This document shows, in pieces, positions 1-5,065 of a stretch of 5,065 bases of DNA. The stretch's first letter is position 1. Each line of letters opens with the position of its first letter. The notes under the pieces were generated by a model. The model made no database searches and was not told where the DNA came from. It saw only the letters and a program-made list of their open reading frames with translations. Position numbers and translations under genes: made by a program. Source of the stretch: Candidatus Heimdallarchaeota archaeon (GTDB taxonomy: Archaea > Asgardarchaeota > Heimdallarchaeia > JABLTI01); the NCBI GenBank assembly GCA_030614005.1, contig JAUWKS010000114.1, forward strand, positions 1-5,065, in the 5' to 3' direction.

Positions 1-244
1 ATGCCCATGTACGGGGTCCAATATTTCCCCATCCTGTAGATTCATGGAAGGATATACCAATTCCAATTTTTGGTAATTGTTGTTCCATTAGCAGTGACCA
101 TTGATTACGGGCTGCGCTTGTATTGGGTGAAAGTAAGTTTACTGAAAAAGCGATTTGTATTTCTGTTTCTTGTGCTTGTGCAAGGTATGTGCTCATACTG
201 AACAAGACAATTAGGGTTAAACCCAATAATGCTTTTGTTTTCAT
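1..244 (-). CDS. 5' fragment of a secreted ABC transporter solute-binding protein, probably family 5 (peptide/Opp-Dpp-like); runs off the window start
   Basis: Hand translation from ATG at 244-242 is open to the edge: MKTKALLGLTLIVLFSMSTYLAQA-QETEIQIAFSVNLLSPNTSAARNQWSLLMEQQLPKIGIGISFHESTGWGNIGPRTWA. It has a basic N-region, a hydrophobic core and an A-X-A cleavage site. AGGTGA lies 7 nt upstream, and an in-frame TAA at 280-278 bounds the start. The segment LL-x-PN-xxx-R-xx-W-xx-LM-xx-QL-x-KIGI-x8-W resembles the family-5 SBP segment 'r..ia..iq.ql.kiGi.v......w'. Confidence in the CDS is higher than in the family call. Confidence 0.8.
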   Translation of the reverse strand, partial: MKTKALLGLTLIVLFSMSTYLAQAQETEIQIAFSVNLLSPNTSAARNQWSLLMEQQLPKIGIGISFHESTGWGNIGPRTWA

Positions 245-251
245 ATTTTTT

Positions 252-257
252 TCACCT
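252..257 (-). promoter_or_regulatory. Shine-Dalgarno site (AGGTGA) of the solute-binding protein gene
   Basis: The - strand reads TATAGGTGAAAAAAAT-ATG. GGTGA is the typical archaeal SD core and the spacing is 7 nt. Confidence 0.75.
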
Positions 258-263
258 ATAAAT

Positions 264-294
264 CTTCCACTAAAAGTTTATTTTACAGTGGAAG
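264..294. repeat. Inverted repeat or hairpin in the solute-binding protein leader
   Basis: CTTCCACT (264-271) and AGTGGAAG (287-294) are a perfect 8-bp inverted repeat. Inner AAAA (272-275) and TTTT (281-284) extend the stem with a 2-nt bulge and a 5-nt loop. Confidence 0.75.
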
Positions 295-317
295 CAATTC
301 TAAAATGTTATTACAGC

Positions 318-334
318 TTAATAAAGGTTTTGCG
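318..334 (-). promoter_or_regulatory. Putative archaeal promoter (BRE + TATA box) for the solute-binding protein gene
   Basis: The - strand reads CGCAAAACC-TTTATTAA: an A-rich BRE-like element directly before a TTTAWWAA box. Standard spacing puts the start site near 295. Confidence 0.55.
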
Positions 335-446
335 TTTCCATTTTAATAGTTGGAATCGATTTTATATTATATAAGAGAAGTTTGAACAGAGTAGCCATAC
401 GGGTTGTTTAAATGCGATTATTTCTTGTGACAATCTAAAAGTAGAC

Positions 447-920
447 TTATCCAAAATACTCGATAAGCTTCAAGATTTGTATCATCCCCATAAGGTAAAC
501 TAGCAGCAAAACTGCAGAACTGTAATAAGTGAAAGAATTGAATGTTGCTTCTCGGAAACTGTCTTTACTCATCGGTGCAGATTTGAAAAGTCTAGCTTTC
601 AAATTTGTAAGCGCAATTGATTGTCCAAAATTACCTACACAAGCTCCAAGAAAGACTACGAAACCCACCTCACCAAAGAACACATATTGCAAAATATCTT
701 GTATTGCTAAGACGGGATCAAATTGAAAACCATAAATTACAATAATTGCGATTAATATGTTAATAACTACAAAAATAATTGATGTTATAAATCCCAATAA
801 TATAATGCGTGACCAATTTACTTTTACTCTTTCTTCTTCTCCCTCAGTTTTTTTTCCCTTGTTAATTACATCAGTGGTCTTTTTTCTTGTTTTTCCCACT
901 TTCTTACTTGTTGAGCCCAT
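447..920 (-). CDS. Hypothetical membrane protein, 157 aa, about 3 TM helices, Lys-rich N-terminus
   Basis: ATG at 920-918 and TAA at 449-447. SD-like AAGGGGA lies about 6 nt upstream, inside the ATPase 3' end, and the genes overlap by 17 nt. Hydrophobic stretches are at about aa 38-65, 74-94 and 132-152. No family recognised. Confidence 0.8.
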   Translation of the reverse strand: MGSTSKKVGKTRKKTTDVINKGKKTEGEEERVKVNWSRIILLGFITSIIFVVINILIAIIVIYGFQFDPVLAIQDILQYVFFGEVGFVVFLGACVGNFGQSIALTNLKARLFKSAPMSKDSFREATFNSFTYYSSAVLLLVYLMGMIQILKLIEYFG

Positions 921-1944
921 TATTGTCCCCTTTATCAGTTATTGGTGCTCCGCAATCTGAACAAAACTTTACTCCGTTCTTAACTTGATTCCCACACATT
1001 GTACATGTTATTACGCTTTTCATATTATTGGGCGCGAAATCAGCTTGATATATGGGTTGCAGGATTATTTTACCATTTTCCATCTCTATTGAAAAATGTT
1101 TAGGGTTATCCATATCCTGTAAAATAGTTTTGGGGAGAACAATGCGACTTTGCCGATCAATTTCCAATAATCTGCTATCTTCTAATTTTCTGAGACTTAT
1201 ATTACTTCCATGCTGACCAATTATAACCCCATCTCGCAGTTCAAGGATTCTATCAGCTCTAGCTGCAACTTGCTGTGAATGTGTTACAATACAAATAGCA
1301 ATTCCAAGTTCTTCATTGATTCTATCAAATAAATCTAAAATACTTTCTGCAGTTTCTACATCTAAATCGCCTGTAGGCTCGTCTCCTATCAATATTTTGG
1401 GATTGGTTATAAGAGTTGTAGCTATAGCTGCTCTCTTCTTTTCTCCTCCAGAAAGCGTGTCTTCTCTTTTCATTCTTTTATCCCAAATTCCAAGAAATTT
1501 TAGTAGAAATTGGGCTCTTTGTTTCACAACCTTTGGTTGTACTTTTGCATAATATCCAGCTAACTCTATATTCTCTTTTACTGTTAGATGAGATAATAGT
1601 TTACTATCTTGAAAAATAACTCCCGCAAATGTTCTTCTTGCCTTTACTATTTCTTCATAAGTAGACCTTGTAATATCTTTTGAAAGCTCTTTCCAAAACA
1701 CTTTGCCTGAGGTGGGTTTAGTTATCCCTGACACTATATTTACTAGTGTGGTCTTTCCAGATCCGCTTGGTCCAATCAAAAATAACTTTTCTTGAGGTTT
1801 TACTTTGAAAGAAACACCTCTTAATGCCTGTGTTTCTATTTTCCCTGTTTTGTAAATTTTGATTATATCTTCAGCAACTAATAATGGATCAGCATCGTTG
1901 ATTTCTTCAGTTCCATGAGATGGAGCACTAAACTTAGTTGCCAT
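904..1944 (-). CDS. ABC ATP-binding protein (LolD/MacB/FtsE-type NBD) with C-terminal AbrB/SpoVT-like domain and C4 zinc ribbon
   Basis: Motifs: Walker A GPSGSGKTT, Q-loop GVIFQD, signature LSGGE, Walker B/D-loop ILIGDEPTGDLD, H-loop IVTHS. The N-terminal 'IYKTGKIETQALRGVSF' is typical of the LolD/MJ0796 subfamily. The tail has LEIDRQSRIVLPK...FSIEMENGKIILQP (aa ~258-298) and CTMCG-x10-CSDCG (aa 314-332). SD GAGGAG is at 1960-1955. Confidence 0.92.
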   Translation of the reverse strand: MATKFSAPSHGTEEINDADPLLVAEDIIKIYKTGKIETQALRGVSFKVKPQEKLFLIGPSGSGKTTLVNIVSGITKPTSGKVFWKELSKDITRSTYEEIVKARRTFAGVIFQDSKLLSHLTVKENIELAGYYAKVQPKVVKQRAQFLLKFLGIWDKRMKREDTLSGGEKKRAAIATTLITNPKILIGDEPTGDLDVETAESILDLFDRINEELGIAICIVTHSQQVAARADRILELRDGVIIGQHGSNISLRKLEDSRLLEIDRQSRIVLPKTILQDMDNPKHFSIEMENGKIILQPIYQADFAPNNMKSVITCTMCGNQVKNGVKFCSDCGAPITDKGDNNGLNK

Positions 1945-2003
1945 TGGTATAAATCTCCTCTCTTATACACTAATAAAATTGTTTATTGATAAAAAATCAG
2001 TTT

Positions 2004-2029
2004 AAAATAGAAAAGGATAAAGAAAAGAA
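2004..2029 (-). terminator. Putative archaeal-type pyrimidine/oligo-T terminator after the 344-aa gene
   Basis: The - strand reads TTCTTTTCTTTATCCTTTTCTATTTT about 35-60 nt downstream of the TAG stop at 2068-2066. No hairpin is present. Confidence 0.4.
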
Positions 2030-2065
2030 TGTGGAATGTGTTTTTTGTTTAAGTAGGCGTTTAAT

Positions 2066-3100
2066 CTAGATGACATTGTCAAGTTTTTCTTGAAAGTCCA
2101 ACTCTGGAGTTTTTCTAGCCTTTATGGAATCACCAATCTTTCGAACAATATAATTTCTATTCACCCATATTTTGTCAAGGTTTCCTATGAGTAAGAATAT
2201 AGCATATATAATTAAGAATGGTATCAAATAAAGCAACCATATTGAAAATGCAACGCCTATAGGATGATACTGCCCTTGCTCATTTGCATATGCAAGGCCA
2301 TATATTAGGAAGTTATTGGTTTTTCTATCCACAAAGAGAGAGAACAGAATATTTCTAAAACTCAAAGTAATATTGCCAGTCATTAAAGCAATAGATATTC
2401 CAGTAATGAGGCTAGCAATGAACACTATAAGTAGGAAAGATTTAGCGCTTGGAATGAATTTTTTCTTTTTCTTAACATGTTTGAACATAATGAAGTTATA
2501 TGTTGCAGAAACAACTGCCCCAAGTATTATAGGCATTAAGACAATCCAAATATACATATTTGTAAATTTTGGATTTGCTGGATTAATTAGCTCAGAGCCC
2601 CAGATGTTTTCCATGCTGTAAAATTTGTGTGATTGAGCAAAATCTAACTCATCAACTGGAAGAGCTCCATTTCTAAAAAAGCCACTGTCGGCAAACATGA
2701 ATAGTGCAAAACCTAGAATTAAAGCCATCATTGGTGCAAAAAACCAAACCAGTATAGGGTTTGCAATGATTCTTAAATTTGGATCCTGACCTGCATTTAA
2801 TCCATAAGTAAGAAAGACACTCATCCAGTAACTAGGTCCTTCCCAGAAAGTGTGACTTGGACCTCTTAATGAATTTGTGATACCCATAATTAATATACTA
2901 ATGACCCAAGTAGAGAATAGATAGATTCCCATTGGTGAATGAAACTTATTCCAGAACCACTTACCAAGCGCGACGAACCAATCTCCCCATACACCAACAA
3001 AGGTTCTAGGGCCCATTTCCGTTGAATCAACATTTGCTTCTTCTGCTTCAGTTTTTTCTGCTTGCATAATAATAGCCACGTTGCATATTTTCTTAGACAT
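2066..3100 (-). CDS. Hypothetical multi-pass membrane protein, 344 aa, about 6-7 TM helices
   Basis: Long stop-free ORF with repeated hydrophobic segments (e.g. ILVWFFAPMMALILGFALFMFA, MYIWIVLMPIILGAVVSATY, FLLIVFIASLITGISIALM, IGVAFSIWLLYLIPFLIIYAIFLLIG). A KKKKK positive-inside patch follows one helix and the C-tail is charged. The start could instead be the ATG at 3067. No family recognised. Confidence 0.85.
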   Translation of the reverse strand: MSKKICNVAIIMQAEKTEAEEANVDSTEMGPRTFVGVWGDWFVALGKWFWNKFHSPMGIYLFSTWVISILIMGITNSLRGPSHTFWEGPSYWMSVFLTYGLNAGQDPNLRIIANPILVWFFAPMMALILGFALFMFADSGFFRNGALPVDELDFAQSHKFYSMENIWGSELINPANPKFTNMYIWIVLMPIILGAVVSATYNFIMFKHVKKKKKFIPSAKSFLLIVFIASLITGISIALMTGNITLSFRNILFSLFVDRKTNNFLIYGLAYANEQGQYHPIGVAFSIWLLYLIPFLIIYAIFLLIGNLDKIWVNRNYIVRKIGDSIKARKTPELDFQEKLDNVI

Positions 3101-3130
3101 TTTAAACCTTTTCTCTTACAATTAGATTCA

Positions 3131-3191
3131 CGTTAAAAATAATGATTCAACCAAAATCATTTAAATGCGTTTACTCTTGATTTTTTTAACG
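3131..3191. promoter_or_regulatory. Divergent promoter region with nested inverted repeats and a palindromic TATA-like element
   Basis: AATGATT-N7-AATCATT at 3141-3161, palindromic ATTTAAAT at 3159-3166, and an outer pair CGTTAAAAA (3131-3139) / TTTTTAACG (3183-3191). All lie in the 104-nt gap between head-to-head genes. Confidence 0.45.
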
Positions 3192-3204
3192 CTTGAGGAT
3201 TAAA

Positions 3205-4638
3205 ATGAACCCAGATGAGACATTAAACTTAGTTAGCGCAGGTATAGACGTTGGAACAACTACTACGCATTTGATTTTTTCTAAACTCAAACTTGAAAAG
3301 ATATATACTCCAAGAGGAGTGAAATTTGAAGTTACGAAGAGAGAAATACTATACAAAGGTAATATCATACTCACTCCTTTAGTAGACGGACAAACTATTG
3401 ATTATCTCAAACTTGTTGAATTTATCAAATCTGAATATGAACTTGCATGTATGTCGATTGATGATATTGATACTGGTGCAGTCATAATTACAGGGGAAAG
3501 TGCCAAGAAAGAAAATGCAGAAGACCTTGTGAAAGCTCTTGCATACAAAGCGGGTAAGTTTGTTTGTGCAGCTGCAGGACCCAATTTTGAATCAATTATA
3601 GCAGCAATGGGATCCGGTGCCGCTCAATATTCTAAAGAAACAAAGAAAACTGTAATGAACATTGATATTGGTGGCGGTACTAGCAACATTGCTATCGTAA
3701 AAAACGGTGAAATTATTGATGCTGCTTGTGTCAATGTTGGTGGAAGATTACTAGCCTTTGATACAGAAGACAAAATTGTAAGAATTGAAGATCCTATTAG
3801 AAATTTGGAAGACAAAATAGGTATTAAATTCGAATATGGAGGCCATATAACGATTGATCAAAAAAGGAAAATGGCTAGAATTCTTGCTGAAAGCCTCTTT
3901 GAAACATTGGATAGAAATTTACAAACACAAATCGCTAAAAATCTACTTATGACAAATCCATTAGAATATAATGGGACTATTGATGAGTTAATGTTTTCTG
4001 GTGGTGTAGCAGAGTACATTTATAAGCAGACTGAAGAATATTTTGGAGATTTGGGTAAATACTTGGGTGAAGAAATCCTCAACATTGTAAAAGAAAAGAA
4101 AATCAGTATTCATAAACCAGCAGAGCTAATTCGTGCGACCGTAATAGGAGCAGGTCAATATACTCTTCAGGTATCAGGTGTTACGACTCATATATCTGAT
4201 ATTGATATCTTGCCAATTCATAACATCCCTGTTCTGGAACCCAAGATTGACAACAAGCAGATTACTGAGGAAAATGTGAAATTAGCTATTCAAAAGAGCC
4301 TTAATATGTTTGATGTGAAGGAAGGGGAAGAGACGGTTGCATTATCATTTAAGGGAGCTATTGGTGGGTCATATGCGGGACTAACTACTTTTGCGAAAGG
4401 TGTAGTAGGTGCTTTACCAAATACAATTAGAAAAGAAAAACCTGTTATCTTAGTTTTTGATCGAGATATTGGTAATTCTGTTGGTAATGTTATGAAAAGA
4501 GAAACATCTGCAAAGAAAAACATTATTTCAGTTGATGAAATAATTATCCAAGAAGGAGATTTTATAGATATTGATCAACCAAAAGCAGGAGGACAAGTAG
4601 TCCCAGTTGTGGTGAAATCCTTAGTTTTTTCAGCTTAG
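3205..4638 (+). CDS. eutA: EutA-family ethanolamine ammonia-lyase reactivating factor (ASKHA/actin-like ATPase), 477 aa
   Basis: Phosphate-1 GIDVGTTTT, the EutA block IDTGAVIITGESAKKENA...AGKFVCAAAGPNFESIIAAMGSGA, phosphate-2 NIDIGGGTSNIA, VGGRL, FSGGVAEYIY, IRATVIGAG, and the C-terminal IDEI...GDFIDI...VVPVVVKSLVF. I prefer ATG 3205 over the track's TTG 3193 because GAGGA (3195-3199) lies 5 nt upstream and the length matches typical EutA. Confidence 0.9.
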   Translation: MNPDETLNLVSAGIDVGTTTTHLIFSKLKLEKIYTPRGVKFEVTKREILYKGNIILTPLVDGQTIDYLKLVEFIKSEYELACMSIDDIDTGAVIITGESAKKENAEDLVKALAYKAGKFVCAAAGPNFESIIAAMGSGAAQYSKETKKTVMNIDIGGGTSNIAIVKNGEIIDAACVNVGGRLLAFDTEDKIVRIEDPIRNLEDKIGIKFEYGGHITIDQKRKMARILAESLFETLDRNLQTQIAKNLLMTNPLEYNGTIDELMFSGGVAEYIYKQTEEYFGDLGKYLGEEILNIVKEKKISIHKPAELIRATVIGAGQYTLQVSGVTTHISDIDILPIHNIPVLEPKIDNKQITEENVKLAIQKSLNMFDVKEGEETVALSFKGAIGGSYAGLTTFAKGVVGALPNTIRKEKPVILVFDRDIGNSVGNVMKRETSAKKNIISVDEIIIQEGDFIDIDQPKAGGQVVPVVVKSLVFSA

Positions 4639-4660
4639 AAAAACATGGGTGTTACCACCC
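4639..4660 (-). terminator. Short hairpin plus U-tract terminator candidate overlapping the ggt stop codon
   Basis: The - strand reads GGGTG-GTAA-CACCC-ATG-TTTTT: a 5-bp GC-rich stem, a GNRA tetraloop containing the TAA stop, then T5. Confidence 0.45.
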
Positions 4661-5065
4661 TACTACTATTCCATCCGCTCGAGGACTTGTTCCACCACAA
4701 AGAACACCACTCTTGGGATTTCTATTTATTATCTGACCCCGACCAAATATCATTCTTGCATATCCAGTAGTGGGTACAACTGAGTGACCCATTTGACTTA
4801 ATCTAGTTATGACCGCAACGTCAATCCCCTCTTCTAAAGCTACGTCTCCTTTACTGGTTCCATCGATTATAGTAAACCTAGGTGCATCAAGAGCTTGCTG
4901 AGGGTTCATATTATAATCAATCATGTTGATCATCACTTGTGCATGTCCTTGAGGTTGATTAAATCCTCCCATCACCCCAAAACTAGAATAGAGTTCACCA
5001 TCCTTTGTGGCCATTCCTGGTATAAGTGTGTGATATGGTCTCTTATTTGGTGCCAAAGCATTTGG
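4652..5065 (-). CDS. ggt: Gamma-glutamyltransferase family protein (YwrD-like), C-terminal part of the small subunit; runs off the window end
   Basis: The frame stays open to 5065 (..PNALAPNKRPYHTLIPGM). It has KRPYHTLIP, the oxyanion motif FGVMGGFNQPQGHAQV, QQALDAPRF, FGRGQII and the terminal PRADG. The track's 'M' at 5056 is an internal TTG (Leu), not the start. Confidence 0.93.
   Translation of the reverse strand, partial: PNALAPNKRPYHTLIPGMATKDGELYSSFGVMGGFNQPQGHAQVMINMIDYNMNPQQALDAPRFTIIDGTSKGDVALEEGIDVAVITRLSQMGHSVVPTTGYARMIFGRGQIINRNPKSGVLCGGTSPRADGIVVGW

Noticed and set aside
123-374. 83-aa + strand ORF
   Set aside because: It is antisense to the better-supported SBP gene and runs through its promoter. 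It starts at TTG with no SD and has no recognisable motif.
407-416. Exact 10-mer TTTAAATGCG shared with 3160-3169 in another intergenic region
   Set aside because: It is mostly A/T, the distances to the downstream start codons differ (about 160 vs 60 nt) and the flanks do not match. One such match is plausible by chance.
447-920. 157-aa protein as a truncated FtsX/MacB permease
   Set aside because: It lacks the 'rrrEigilkalGa' coupling-helix pattern and any large extracytoplasmic domain. I kept it only as an unknown partner candidate.
529-960. + strand ORFs 529-726 and 757-960
   Set aside because: Antisense shadows of the 157-aa gene and the ATPase tail; short, with no motifs.
1316-1552. 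78-aa + strand ORF
   Set aside because: Antisense to the conserved signature and Walker B region of the ABC ATPase.
1987-1999. TGAT-N5-ATCA palindrome upstream of the ATPase, resembling the TGAT/ATCA core at 3143-3159
   Set aside because: The arms are only 4 bp and the spacers differ (5 vs 9 nt), so a shared operator is not supported.
2027-2040. Tandem GAATGTG x2
   Set aside because: Only two 7-nt copies with no spacers, so it is not CRISPR-like. It is too short to support a function.
2316-2621. 101-aa + strand ORF
   Set aside because: Antisense shadow within the 344-aa membrane gene.
3193-3204. TTG start for eutA given by the ORF track
   Set aside because: These 12 nt contain the GAGGA SD for ATG 3205, which gives a normal EutA N-terminus.
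3186-4523. - strand ORFs 3186-3374, 3402-3584, 3624-3815 and 4290-4523
   Set aside because: All are short and antisense to eutA. Their Ser/Ile/Phe-rich composition is typical of the reverse complement of AT-rich coding DNA.

Overview
AT-rich prokaryotic chromosomal window, probably archaeal and possibly Asgard/Heimdallarchaeia-like. This is inferred from an AGGTGA ribosome-binding site, a BRE+TATA-type promoter, oligo-T terminator tracts and the style of the solute-binding protein. It holds six genes. On the - strand, in transcription order: a 344-aa multi-pass membrane protein (2066-3100); a LolD/MacB-type ABC ATPase fused to an AbrB-like domain and a C4 zinc ribbon (904-1944); an overlapping 157-aa 3-TM protein (447-920); and the 5' end of a secreted family-5-like solute-binding protein (<1-244, absent from the ORF track). 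Divergent from these is an EutA-family reactivase ATPase with no eutB/eutC beside it (3205-4638, +). It converges on the 3' end of a YwrD-type gamma-glutamyltransferase (4652->5065, -). I saw no RNA genes, mobile elements or CRISPR arrays. The most interesting points are the three-domain ABC ATPase with no recognisable permease, the apparently circularly permuted binding protein with a hairpin at its predicted transcript start, and the orphan eutA.
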